From Cladosporium halotolerans (taxonomy: Eukaryota), in NCBI RefSeq assembly GCF_011745625.1, contig NW_027191453.1, positions 930,001 through 994,000 on the forward strand: a stretch of DNA of 64,000 nucleotides, written 5' to 3'. The notes beneath the pieces were generated by a model, which saw nothing but the letters and a program-made list of their open reading frames with translations, was not told the DNA's origin and searched no databases. Below, one piece after another: positions 1 to 10,842 of this stretch (within the stretch, counting starts at the first letter, position 1; every line of letters starts with the position of its first letter). The position numbers and the translations under genes were made by a program.

Positions 1-342
1 GCGGCCGAAGCGACCTTCGCCCTGCACGGCATCGCGGTCCTGTACGCGCGCTGGCACCAGAAGTCCGGCAGCGTGGAGGAGACGGAAGCCGGGCTCTCGA
101 AGAACGTGCTGAACGACCTGGACTTCCTCACCGTGGAATTGGACAAGAGCCCCGGGAAGTTCCTGTTTGGCGACGAGCTGACGGTCGCGGACATCCAGGT
201 GCACTTTTCGGTGGCGTTTGTGCTGGCGAGGCAGCTGGGGTTGCAGGGGAGGCGGTTCGAGAGGCTGGAGAGGTACTTGAGGGATTGTGAGGGGACGGAG
301 AGTTATAAGGCTGCGGTGGAGAAGACGGGGCATGAGATGTAA
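1..342 (+). CDS. Glutathione S-transferase, C-terminal part (5'-truncated by window edge)
   Basis: The frame is open from base 1 (AAEATFALHGIAVLYARW...) to TAA at 340-342. It carries the GST C-terminal signature FLFGDELTVADIQVHF...LERYL. Confidence 0.8.
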   Translation, partial: AAEATFALHGIAVLYARWHQKSGSVEETEAGLSKNVLNDLDFLTVELDKSPGKFLFGDELTVADIQVHFSVAFVLARQLGLQGRRFERLERYLRDCEGTESYKAAVEKTGHEM

Positions 343-797
343 GGTAGTCGGGGGATCGGGACGGGAGAGTGGTCATGTGAGGCTCATGAAAATATCAAGT
401 ACATTCCTACCACTGCAATGACCTGGGGTTGTGGTGTGAGAAGCAAGTGTGAAGACCATTGATCCAATGACTTCTTCAGCAAAAAACGCAGTAAAACGTG
501 ATGACAGTGGCGAGGCTGTATTGGTTCCTTTTAGATCTTGTTCATGGCATTACATCGTTACTGATTTTATCTGCCCTCCAGCATGCATCGTAATGGTAAA
601 CTATGCAAATCATGGCCGGAGCCCCCGGCATGTGTCGCAAGTCCAAAGCATGTCCGCAATGCTTCGTAGACCCTTCATTCTGTCGAGCATCAACCACTAT
701 CTTTCAAGTGGAGCTCTCCCAACAAGTAGTTGGCATATCCAAGATCATTGAAGGAAAAAGGCAAGTTCAGAACATCTCAGAAGTATACATGACTTCT

Positions 798-1298
798 TTA
801 CTGAGTGCTCTTGCCAGTACCACCGACAGCGTTGTTGGACATCGAGCCAGCGGGACGGACAGTCTCGTCGCCCTGGCGGATGTTGCCGCGAATGTCGTTG
901 TCGCCGGGGCGCTGCTCGGCGGCGATGGCAGCCTTGTCCTCGGGGCCGCCCTCGCCCTGGAAGTCGGCGGCCTTGGTCTGCTTGCCGGTGGTGGGGTTGA
1001 TGGAGCCGCCCTCGGACAGAGGGATCTGGCGGTTGTCGCTGGCGCCCTGGCCGCCGATCTTCACTTCGGCGCCGGGGAACTTCTGGCTGACGCCTTGGTC
1101 GACGCCGGACTCGATGGCTGGAGGGGAGGGTTAGTGCTGGAATTGAATGGGCGAGGGCGCATTGCAGGTCTTACTGGAGTCAGAGGCGGCGTGGGCGTGG
1201 GCGTTGACGTCGGGCTCCTTAGCGGCCTGGGAGTTGAGGTCGCGCTCGGCCTGCTTGGCGATGACCATCGGGTCCTGTCCCTGGTAGTCGGCAGACAT
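798..1298 (-). CDS. Small hydrophilic conserved-hypothetical protein (~147 aa, 2 exons)
   Basis: ATG at 1298 (MSADYQGQDPMVIAKQAERDLNS...). Intron 1118-1174 (GTAAG...CTAAC...CAG) joins in frame to ...TIESGVDQGVSQKFPGAEVKIGGQG..., ending at TAA 798. G/Q/D/E-rich with no hydrophobic segment. Confidence 0.75.
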
Positions 1299-2894
1299 TG
1301 TGATAGATGTGTTGTATGTTGGTGGTAAAGAGGGAAGGTGTTATGTGTTTGTTGGTCGTGAAGGCGTAAGATGGAATGGGTATCAATGAATTGTATGTGA
1401 GGAGAGAAAGAAGAGATGTCTTTGCAGTGCAGACATCGAAAAATATCAATCGCTGCCCCTCACTGCTCGCGTGAGACGGAGGCAAACGTCATGCCTCCGT
1501 TATGGCGTCAACGGGTCGAGCGAGGGGAGTTTCTCGGAAAATAGTGGGACTTTTGAGATGGGCTCAGAACCGCCTGGAAATTGGCTCGTAGAGACATGGG
1601 TGCTGGACGAAACGATAATGGTGCAATGCTCGTGAGTCTGGGAGTGCACGAAAGGTCTCGACTACGTAGACTTAGGGAATCAATGTCACAATGACAAGAA
1701 GTGCAATGCACAACATAACGACTGATCGATCTAGCAGCCCCTCGAGAATCACAAAAACTCATCATTCTTCAGAGCCTGCTATCCTGCTACGCGCCAAACG
1801 ATTCAAGTCCCCCAAGGAGTCCCACTCCACCAACGCGATCATCGATTCAGGCACGAAAACTCCCGCCCACGCAGAACAGTCACAAAATTAGTCCAGACTG
1901 ACCATCGACTTTTCCCAACAATTCCAGCGCCTTCTCGGGCAGCAATTTTCAGCTGGTGGATGTGCCTCCTTGACACACGGTTCAGTTGCGAGCCATTGTG
2001 ATGATGCGCAGTGAAGTCATTAGTCTCCAATTCGAGCTCGGCGCTTTTCGCGCGCGAGGACGACGGCGGCGGCACGTCTGTTGCTGTCACAGAAGAATGA
2101 TTCACGCGCTCATGCGGGTATACTGGCACGATGCGTCTGATATTGCGAGCATGTTATCACACATCAAGGCCCATGATTGCCCTCACGGCTTGCAAGCAAT
2201 ACCGTAAGGTAGTCCATCATGGTTCTCAGCAGCGAAGTCGGAATTTGCTCCGAAGAAGCCATCGAGACCGTGCCTGTTCGCCACAGCATGCAGACATGGC
2301 GAGATTGTTCCTGATGCTTGGGCTGCGCATGCTCAGCTGTCAGGTTCAGATTCTTGTCCAAGTATGTACTTTGATCCAATCGCGATCTGGCCAGATTTGC
2401 GAAAGTATTGCTACCGCAGGCAGTTTCTAGACTTTTGTTACCCTTAACCGGGCTAGATCTCTGTCCTTTTGTCAAAGCAGCAATATGACCTGAATCTGGC
2501 CTGCAAGCATACACCGTCTTCACTGCACAAGTCACGCCCAGAACACCGAGAAAGCAAATGAAATTAATGAGAAGTATGCTCGATGCAAAATTTGTACAAA
2601 TCGCTATGATGCTTTCCACACTTTTCATCCAGAAGAAAAAGAAGAAAGAGAACTCGTCGCGCGGCATTATGTATCGCAAACATGGACAGAACAGAAGAGC
2701 CGAGCTCGTTTCGGTTTTCTCCCCCCTCCTCCCAAACGCCATCGCCATGAATGAAGAGAACAGCAAAAACCCAAAAACCAAAACCCGTGGGATATCGCTC
2801 GCCTGCCCATCCAACCCCCAAAACCAAAAACGCCATCATCCAATCTCACCCACCTCTCCAACTCTCCAAACCAAACCAATCAGACAAAGCTCAC

Positions 2895-4970
2895 TCAGAC
2901 ACCTCCCCCCATCCCATCCAGCGTCCCCCTCTCCCCCTCAAACGAAAAAGCCCTATGCCTCCCGCCGCCCACGGCCTCCCCCGTCCTCGCATCCACCACA
3001 TCCTCCGCATTGACCCTGCGCGGCTCCGCGGCAGCGCCCAGCTGGTCCCCGCCCTCGCCCGCCCCCGGCGTCGTGGGCGTCGTCGCGGCATCAACTCCAT
3101 TGTAAACCCTCTCGCGGTGCTGCAGGGCCTCCTTCTCGCTCAGCTGCTTGCCGTCCTTCTCGCGCACGACCGGCATGTCGCCGGGCATCTCGAAGATCTG
3201 CAGCTGCTTGGAGTCGGCCTCGGAAGCCGGGGAGAAGAGCGTGGCGCCCGAGGTGGAGGAGTAGGTGCCTTCGGCGCCGGGGCTGGTGGGCGAGCTGCCG
3301 GGGGGCAGCAGGAGGCCTTTGCGGTCGGCGTCGTGGTGCGTCATGCCGAAGGGGAGGGGGGCGGAGCCCGCGAGCTCGGCCTTCGGGTAGACGTGGGGCG
3401 TTTTGCCGGCGGGAGGTTGGGAGGTGCTGCTTGCGCTGCTGGAGGTGGGGCGGTCGGGTGTTGTGGTGGTTTCTGCGGCGGCGGCGGCGCGTTTGCGGGT
3501 TTGGCGGCGCCGGTAGAGGAGGAAGATGACGGCGAGGATGGCGAGGAGGGCGACGGCGCCGACGGCTATGCCGGCTATGGCGCCGGCGCCGAGGCTGGAG
3601 CCTGATGGGGAGGATGGGCTGCCGCCGTTGTCGTTTTGGCTGGAGGCGGAGTCTGTGCCCCAGTTTGGTGAGGTCCAGAGCGAGTCGTCTTGGGAAGCGT
3701 TCGCGGGCGGGATGGCGACGAGGTTTTGCTCTAATGTCTGATCCCAGTGAACCTGAGCGAGCTGGAAGCGCGCGACCTCGTAGTCTACTGTGATGTATGC
3801 TTCTTGGAGGAAGGTGCGGCCAAGCGTGTACTGCGAGTCGTTCGCCGCCCGCCTCAGTGGGAAGTAGTAAGAGGTATTCTGCACACCTGGGGTAGGAGGC
3901 TGCACTGAGAGGTCGAAAGCGGCGTATGGAAGGGTAATCCTGACCGTCTCCTCGCTGTTAGGACCTTGACCCATGACAAGCGATATGCTAGCGTTGCGGT
4001 CCACCAAGTCTTGGTGATGCGTGTCGTTGATGAGGTACAAGCTGCTTGCGTTGTCAAAGACCAGACCAAACTCGTACTCAAAAACCTGACAGGCTTCCAG
4101 GGGAAGCCAAAGTTCAGGTACGGTCGCATCAATCAGTGCGTAAATTGGCGAAGGCAACAGCTCTGTGCCAACAGGGTTCGATTCCATCTGTGAGGGCGTA
4201 GAAATTGACTGCACTGAGACCATGAGGTCGCGCTCGTTGTCTCCCGCAAAAATGAAAGTGACATTGTTGGCATCGTATTTGTTGACATCGTACCCACCGA
4301 GAGTTAGCGACGCAAACGTTCCGGTGAATCGGTAGTGAGCGCCAGCTGTGTATCCGAACGAAACACTTGGAATCATGCGCTGCTCCTTCAGCTGCGTCAT
4401 GTAACTTGGCGACTGCGTATTGAAGTCGGTAAAATTCGATGGCTTGGGGTTGATTCCGAAGAAGCCCAGGTAGTACGTGGTCGAAGCAAATGCGCCGACG
4501 GTGGTGTTTTCCAGCGTAGGCCCGCCTTCACCTTCGCCACCCAGACCCACGGTGTCAAACCCGAAGATGCCGTTGGTGGCGTGGCCCAAGTTCCGGCCAA
4601 CCCACAAGTCGTAGATTCCGAGGTATTCGAAGGTTGAGGAGGTGTCGTTGTCAAAAAGCCAGCCACGCGACTCCGAGCATTGATCTGGGTCTGCGGATGT
4701 CGAGCATCCTTGCGGCAAGACGACCCAGGTCTGGTAGACGCCAAAGGAGATGAGAGTGCGCACGAATTGCTGAGGCGTGCCAACTCTGAGAGTGAAGGTC
4801 GACCACTGGCCGTCAATGCCGTCCCAGTTCTGATCCGGCGCAACAGCGATGGGCGCGGGGAGGTTGGAAGCGGCCTGGCGAGGCTCCAGAGAATACGCGA
4901 TGACGGGAGATGCGGTGATGGCAAGCAATGCGCTCGTCAAGAGCAAGACGCGCTGAAGGAGAGAAGACAT
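2895..4970 (-). CDS. Type I membrane pepsin-fold (A1 aspartic-protease-like) protein, probably catalytically degenerate
   Basis: Signal peptide MSSLLQRVLLLTSALLAITASP. Pepsin-like motifs LRVGTPQQ, SLTLGGYD, LIDATVPELWLP and YTLGRTFLQEAYITVDYE. TM helix AIAGIAVGAVALLAILAVIFLLY-RRR, then a ~200-aa cytoplasmic tail. Confidence 0.85.
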   Translation of the reverse strand: MSSLLQRVLLLTSALLAITASPVIAYSLEPRQAASNLPAPIAVAPDQNWDGIDGQWSTFTLRVGTPQQFVRTLISFGVYQTWVVLPQGCSTSADPDQCSESRGWLFDNDTSSTFEYLGIYDLWVGRNLGHATNGIFGFDTVGLGGEGEGGPTLENTTVGAFASTTYYLGFFGINPKPSNFTDFNTQSPSYMTQLKEQRMIPSVSFGYTAGAHYRFTGTFASLTLGGYDVNKYDANNVTFIFAGDNERDLMVSVQSISTPSQMESNPVGTELLPSPIYALIDATVPELWLPLEACQVFEYEFGLVFDNASSLYLINDTHHQDLVDRNASISLVMGQGPNSEETVRITLPYAAFDLSVQPPTPGVQNTSYYFPLRRAANDSQYTLGRTFLQEAYITVDYEVARFQLAQVHWDQTLEQNLVAIPPANASQDDSLWTSPNWGTDSASSQNDNGGSPSSPSGSSLGAGAIAGIAVGAVALLAILAVIFLLYRRRQTRKRAAAAAETTTTPDRPTSSSASSTSQPPAGKTPHVYPKAELAGSAPLPFGMTHHDADRKGLLLPPGSSPTSPGAEGTYSSTSGATLFSPASEADSKQLQIFEMPGDMPVVREKDGKQLSEKEALQHRERVYNGVDAATTPTTPGAGEGGDQLGAAAEPRRVNAEDVVDARTGEAVGGGRHRAFSFEGERGTLDGMGGGV

Positions 4971-5202
4971 GTCGGGCAGGCGCAGCGAGCGATGGGCCGT
5001 GGACGGCACGATTCAGGCACTGATGAAGCGGGCGCCAGGAAGTCGCATGGTACGACGACAGGTGCAACCGGCGGGCGGACGTACCTGCGTCTGATCGACT
5101 GGCAATGCGCTACCAGGCGCGGAGGGACGCAGCGGTCGGTATGTCGGAGTCGGGCGGGTGGAGTGAGGTCTGCAAGGAGGGAGAAAATAAGGTGGTGAGT
5201 GA

Positions 5203-5242
5203 GATGCCAGGATGCCAGGATGCCAGGATGCCAGGATGCCAG
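5203..5242. repeat. Perfect tandem repeat (GATGCCAG)x5
   Basis: Read directly. With the following G, each unit contains GCCAGG. Confidence 0.95.
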
Positions 5243-7206
5243 GGCTCGGGGAAGCAAGCGAGGGCTCAGGCGATCGGGTTCACTTTGCGCGCGGGCGCGC
5301 TCAGCTTGCGCACGCGAGTCGAGGCTTATCTAGGGTGGCGGACGCGCTCCGCTCCGCGCCGCTCGCTAGGCGTGATGGCAGGCAGAACGCGATGCTAATA
5401 ATTAAGGTATCACAGATTGTCCCGCCAAGGTGTCGCACCGGGCACTCGAGGCACAGAGCTACCGAGGGCAGTCCGGGCATGGCTGTGCAGGGGGAGGGGG
5501 AGGGAGCGTGGGCGGGCAGTGGGCGGGGTTGCGCGAACGGAGCGTGGCGAGACTGATGAGAGTCTGGACAAGCTCAAGGCCTACGACCGGCGCTAGGCCG
5601 CGCCGGGCGTAGCTCTGGCAGAGACATGGGCACGACGCAGGGAAGACAGCTCGCTGTGCCGCTGACGCTGCGCTGGTACGGGAATGTGTTCTGTTTTTGG
5701 GTGTTTTTTTAAGGTGTGAGAAGGCCCGGCGACCGACACGCTGGCGTGGGAGGGGAGGGTGGCAGCCGCGCCTGCAGACACGATGTGCTTGCGCAACCGC
5801 GCCTTGGCTCGTCGCCGCCTCGGACTCGCCGACTCGACCTGCGTTGACATGTTCGCAGGCTTTGGAGGCAACAGTACCTACTACAAACTACTGTGCCTAG
5901 TCCTGCCTTACTCGTCTCCGCGAAGAACAGCACTCGACAAACGTGTTCGCCCCACGCACGCACGGTCTGCCCACGCCCCCGGGCGCTCGCTTGGGCGCCG
6001 GCTCTTGCGTGGGTGAAGGCCCCGTCTCTGCGCCTCACCGGTTGCCGGGAACCCTGTCCGCGCCCGGGCTTGGAGCCCGCACGGCGCCGCGCCGCCACGC
6101 CCTCTCTCACGCTCTCTATAATACGTAACGGCGTGAGACACGTGCTAGCCTTTCTCGCCCGACTCACGGTGCTGCTTGCGCGAAGGATTGCTGCCCGCGA
6201 CGCCGGCCGGCCGTCGCGCGTCGTGCTTGTCCGCGGGCCTCATCTCCCTCGCCCTCCGCTAATTGTTGCACGCGCGATATGGCGGCGGTGTTAACCTCAG
6301 ACGCGCGCTGCCTGCCGCAGAGGGGTGGACGCGGAACGACGAGCTGGGGTGTGCCGGCGTGGCATGGCATGCGCGGACGGGCAGGGTGCCGCGCGGGCGG
6401 GCCATGGCTTGCGTGAGGTGCAGCACCGCGGCGAGAGCTGAAGGCGGCGGGCATCGCAAGGCGGGCGTGATTGGGCCAGCGCACGGCAGCAGAGGAGGAT
6501 CGGGGTCAGCTCACATGCAAGCGTGCAAGCGTGCAAGCATGCCAAAAGACTCGCGAACGTAAGCTTCCCGCCGCCGGCTTGGAGCAGCCCTCGAGATCGC
6601 ACCGCCCTCTTCCGCACGCAGCAGCCTGAGCAGCCCGTACAGCGCCCACGTCGCACGCGCAGGCGAGGCCCGCCGCAAGGGCGCGCGCGCAGTGTCACCG
6701 TCGGGCGCGGCGGGCATCGCGTGTCGCGCGAGAGGTGAGGTGCGCACATCCACTGAGCGTTGCGTGCCTGCGCCGGCGGCCTGGCGTGCTGGTGGAGTAT
6801 CGCGTGAGTCGCTACAGGGATCCGGGCTGCTAAGGCGGGTACGAGACGGGAGGCTGGCCGTCCGCGCGCAGATCGCTCCTCGGGGAGAGCTTCGCTGCCA
6901 TGCCTGCGTTCCCACTCTCACCACGCTCCCTCTGTTTCTGACTGAAGGAAGGCCCGGTCGGGGCGCCTTACCACCTCCACCTATGACCGTTTGACTGCGC
7001 GAGCATCCTGTGTTCATATCCCGGGCCCCCTCGGCCTTCCCCTTCGCTCTCAACCATCCGCTCGCTCGGCGTGTCTCTCCTGTCTCCCGCTCCTGTATTG
7101 CCAGGACTTAAGCAGGCGGCCAGCATGCCATCGTAACCGACGAAAGGCTTGACCTCCGCCACACGGAACCGCTACACACTCGTTTTCCCACCGGACGTCC
7201 TTCACT

Positions 7207-10200
7207 ATGCGCTGTCAGGCCGGCTCCGTGCTGGCTCTGCTCGCCTGCTCAGCCTCGGCGCAGGGTGCGCGACGACACTATCGCAGGCAGGACTCCCCGA
7301 GTAATTACAATGGCACGCTTGTGTCCCAGCAGCTGCCATCTTCCTCGTCAGCTGGCGAGAACGCCACTTCGTTCACATTCACATACGCCTTCGTTCCGGA
7401 ATCTCAGGCCTCGTCAACGCCGACGCCATCTGCCGTCAGCGTTATCAGCACATATGTAGTAGTCTCGACATACTCGCAAACATCGACGTCAAAGGCCAAC
7501 ACCACCGAGCCCGCTGGTCCCACGGTCCCGGTGCTAGCGTCTCCATCTCCAACCAACATACCATACCCCATATCTGGATCACCAGGGCAGAGCTATTATT
7601 CAGCGGGCAATGCAACGTTCCCGACAGGACGTGGGTCTTCTGCCTCGCAGTCGCGTGGAAGTGCCAGTCCTTCACGGCGTCCAAAGGTGCAGAATGGGAC
7701 ATGCGGAGGCGCCACGCTCAACGTGCAGTCGGCTCACGTGGACTACTGGTACACAGAAACTTACACACACATAGCGTCCACCGTGTCCATACAGTTCAAC
7801 GCAAACGATTCCCAGACCGGCTGGTCTATCCTCCCGGAAACGACTACATTCGACGTCTCCACAGCGATCTCACAGCACACCTGCGGACAGTCCACAGTGT
7901 ACAGCACCGGCTTCAACCTGTCCACGACCTCTTGGGACTGCTGGACGACGCCAACCCCCATAGCCTCCTCCACCGCCGTCCTCTCCGTCGACGCCTTCAA
8001 AAGCACCAACCAAACAAGCGGCAACGGCACCAACATCCCCAACCTGGCCACCGAACCGCCGCCCGCCGTGACCACCCTCCCCAGCGCCGCCGGAACCTTC
8101 ACCGCCGGCACCCCCTTCGTCTACTTCAGCCAGTTCGAAATCGAATCCGCCCGCCCCACAACCCACCCCGACGGCTCCGAAGAATGCGTCACCGCAACCC
8201 AAGCCTTCCTCCTCAACCGCCTCTTCAGCTTCGAATTCCCCGGCGACGAAGCCGAGCTCTCGCAGCAGCGCCTCGCCAGCACAGAAGACACCACCGGCGA
8301 AATCGACCCCGCTTTCCTCCGCCTCCTCAACAACCCGGAGTCCATCACGCCCGGCTCCTGGACCGCCGAGCCGACGGTCATCGTCGTCGTCGAGCGCAGC
8401 GTCGTCGCGCAAGCCGTCCTCGCCGCCGGCGGCGCCGCGCGCCAGGGGCCCCTCATCACGCCCACGCCCACTCTGCCCAGCTTCCTGACGCCCGCCAAGC
8501 CCACCGCTCCGCCGTCGGCGGACGAGACGACCTACTCGCCGTACGTCGAGAAGCCCGCGGACTCGCTGGACGTGCCGTCGACGTTCGTGAAGCCGGTCAC
8601 GTTTTTCCGCGGCAAGACGTTCGTCGCGCACGTGGAGCAGAGCGCCACGACGCTCGTGCTGCCCGTCGCGACGGATACGGATGTCATCACGACGAATGTC
8701 GACGGCAGGACGCTGGTTGCCACGGCGCTGAAGAACGAGGCGGACGGCAGCGGCGGCGGCGGTGGGATGAATGCTCAGCAGGGAGGTGGCAGCGGCGGCA
8801 ACGGCAACAGTAACGGCGGCGACGACCGTGGCTTCGTTGTTGTCCCGTTCATCGCGCGGGTCGAGAACAGCGATATCACGCTTGATGTCCCGGCGCCGGC
8901 TACGCAGAAGGTTGCGACTGTTGCGTTTCAGGGCCAGACGCTGACTGCTACGGCGTTGAATGCTGTCGAGACGGGCAACGGAGGCAGCAATGGTGGATCT
9001 GGTAATGGTGGTTCCAACAATGGTGCATCTAACAATGGTGGTTCTAACAACGGTGGATCTAACAATGGTGGATCCAGCAATGGTGGATCTAGTAATGGCG
9101 GATCTAATAACGGTGGATCCAACAACGGCGGAGGACAGAATGCTGGAAGCGGATCTAATTCTGGAGGCGGTGGTAACGCCCAGGGAGGCAGTGGAAACTC
9201 TGGCAACGGCAACGGCAACGGCAACAGCGGCCAAGGGGACAACGGCAATGGAAACTCCGGCAACAATGGCAACAGTGGCGGAGGCGGAGTCTTCGGGAAT
9301 CTGGTCTCGGCTATTGCCAATGCGGCCAAGCCGTCAAACGCTGCGCAGGTCTTGAGTCAAGCGCTGAACCAGGGCCACAAAGACGCGACGGCTGCGGCCA
9401 TTGCTGCTGGGCTTGGTGGTATTGCGGCCGGCGCTGGGGCTGAGGCTGGTGAGAATGGGTATGGAAGCAATGGAGGTGGATCTGGAAGTGGGAGTGGCTC
9501 TGGCTTTGGATCTGGATCAGGATCAGGATCAGGATCTGGAACTCAGGGCGGTTTTGGCAGTGGCTCCAACGCTCAAGCGCAGCAACTTGGCGCGTCGCCT
9601 GGCCAAGTGATTACAGCCGGTGGCGCGACCGCAACCGCGCAAGCGGGCTCTGCTTTTGTCATCGACGGTCAGACTGTCCTTCCTGGAGGGCCATCCATCA
9701 CTGTCGATGGCACTGTTATCTCTGCTCCGGCGTCCACCAACGCGATCGTCGTTGACGGTACCACCGTCCCCGTCGGCGGTTCATTTGCGTCCGCTTCCGA
9801 CTTCATGGTCAATGGCATGGCGATCACCGCCCAACCTGGTGTTTTCTTCCCCATTGCTGGACAGACTCTTCAAGCAGGCGGTCCAGCTATCACCGTCGAC
9901 GGCACGCGACTTTCCCTCGCTCCGGGTGGCACGGCCTTGGTGATTGGCAGCTCGACTTCCGAGATCGCCGCGGCTGGTGCAGGCGGCGCCTCTGATATTC
10001 CAGAGCTCACATTCGGAGGCCAAACATTCACCGCAAACGCCGCCACACAATTTTTCCTCGCCCCCGGCCAGACACTCACACCCGGCGGCACCGCTATTGT
10101 CTCCGGCACCACCATCTCCCTCGCCTCCGACGCATCAGCCATCGTAATCAACGGCCAAACCCAAGCCCTCGACTCCTCCCCCTCGGCCGCCATCACCGCC

Positions 10201-10842
10201 GCCCCAGCACCCATCACAATCAACGGGCAAGCCTTCTTCCCCAACGCGGGTGGCACCTACCTCATCAGCGGCCAAACCCTCACCCCCGGTGGCCGCATAA
10301 CCCTAATGGGCCCCAACGGCGCCGAAACCCTCTCCCTCGCCCCCTCTGGCTCCTCCCTCCTCGCCATCGTCTCAGGCCAAACCCTCACCAGCCCCCTCGG
10401 CGCCGCCGCCGCAGACGCCACCGCCGCCCCTGTCCTGACCATCGGAGGCGACACTTTCACCGCCCTCCCCGGCACGGACGGCGCGGACCCGACGTACGTC
10501 ATCAACGGCAAGACTCTCACTGCCGGCGAAGAAGAAACCGTCACCGTCAACGGCCGTACGTACGTCGCCAGCTTGGCGCCCGAAGCCACGCTGCTGGAAG
10601 TCGAGGAGCTGGGCCCGGACGGTAAGCCGACTAGGACGGGCACGCAGACGCTTTTCCCGGCCACGGCGACGGGGACGGTCACGATGAGTGGCTCGGGCAG
10701 CAGGAGCTCTGGCGATGCGGCGAGCGGCACGAGCCCTGATGCGCCGGCTGCTGAGACGGGCGCTGCTGCAAGCTTGAGCGTGCAGGCGCTGAGCTTGGGC
10801 GCTGCTGTTGCGGGCTCGCTGGCGTTCGCGGTCCTCCTGTGA
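7207..10842 (+). CDS. Large secreted, probably GPI-anchored, S/T/G-rich cell-wall (mucin/adhesin-like) protein, 1211 aa
   Basis: N-terminal signal peptide, dibasic RR site, S/T-rich N-glycosylated region, G/N/S low-complexity linker and repeated (I/V)xGQTLxPGG units. C-terminal small residues followed by a hydrophobic tail (GAAASLSVQALSLGAAVAGSLAFAVLL). Confidence 0.85.
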   Translation: MRCQAGSVLALLACSASAQGARRHYRRQDSPSNYNGTLVSQQLPSSSSAGENATSFTFTYAFVPESQASSTPTPSAVSVISTYVVVSTYSQTSTSKANTTEPAGPTVPVLASPSPTNIPYPISGSPGQSYYSAGNATFPTGRGSSASQSRGSASPSRRPKVQNGTCGGATLNVQSAHVDYWYTETYTHIASTVSIQFNANDSQTGWSILPETTTFDVSTAISQHTCGQSTVYSTGFNLSTTSWDCWTTPTPIASSTAVLSVDAFKSTNQTSGNGTNIPNLATEPPPAVTTLPSAAGTFTAGTPFVYFSQFEIESARPTTHPDGSEECVTATQAFLLNRLFSFEFPGDEAELSQQRLASTEDTTGEIDPAFLRLLNNPESITPGSWTAEPTVIVVVERSVVAQAVLAAGGAARQGPLITPTPTLPSFLTPAKPTAPPSADETTYSPYVEKPADSLDVPSTFVKPVTFFRGKTFVAHVEQSATTLVLPVATDTDVITTNVDGRTLVATALKNEADGSGGGGGMNAQQGGGSGGNGNSNGGDDRGFVVVPFIARVENSDITLDVPAPATQKVATVAFQGQTLTATALNAVETGNGGSNGGSGNGGSNNGASNNGGSNNGGSNNGGSSNGGSSNGGSNNGGSNNGGGQNAGSGSNSGGGGNAQGGSGNSGNGNGNGNSGQGDNGNGNSGNNGNSGGGGVFGNLVSAIANAAKPSNAAQVLSQALNQGHKDATAAAIAAGLGGIAAGAGAEAGENGYGSNGGGSGSGSGSGFGSGSGSGSGSGTQGGFGSGSNAQAQQLGASPGQVITAGGATATAQAGSAFVIDGQTVLPGGPSITVDGTVISAPASTNAIVVDGTTVPVGGSFASASDFMVNGMAITAQPGVFFPIAGQTLQAGGPAITVDGTRLSLAPGGTALVIGSSTSEIAAAGAGGASDIPELTFGGQTFTANAATQFFLAPGQTLTPGGTAIVSGTTISLASDASAIVINGQTQALDSSPSAAITAAPAPITINGQAFFPNAGGTYLISGQTLTPGGRITLMGPNGAETLSLAPSGSSLLAIVSGQTLTSPLGAAAADATAAPVLTIGGDTFTALPGTDGADPTYVINGKTLTAGEEETVTVNGRTYVASLAPEATLLEVEELGPDGKPTRTGTQTLFPATATGTVTMSGSGSRSSGDAASGTSPDAPAAETGAAASLSVQALSLGAAVAGSLAFAVLL
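8986..9132 (+). repeat. Coding 15-bp degenerate tandem repeat encoding (N/S)NGGS
   Basis: Repeated aacaatggtggatct-like units inside the cell-wall protein ORF. Confidence 0.9.

Noticed and set aside
1500..2850. Minus-strand ORFs 1839-2129 and 2164-2814, and a GTGATGA...CTGA pair (1998-2140) suggesting a C/D snoRNA
   Set aside because: No domain, splice pattern, terminal stem or rRNA-complementary guide could be identified. Part of the region is simply the 3' UTR of the protease-like gene.
5009..7200. Many overlapping R/A/P/G-rich ORFs
   Set aside because: Expected in very GC-rich non-coding DNA; no coherent gene structure or domain.
10298..10306. TAACCCTAA telomerase-template-like 9-mer
   Set aside because: It lies within the coding sequence of the cell-wall protein; a chance match.
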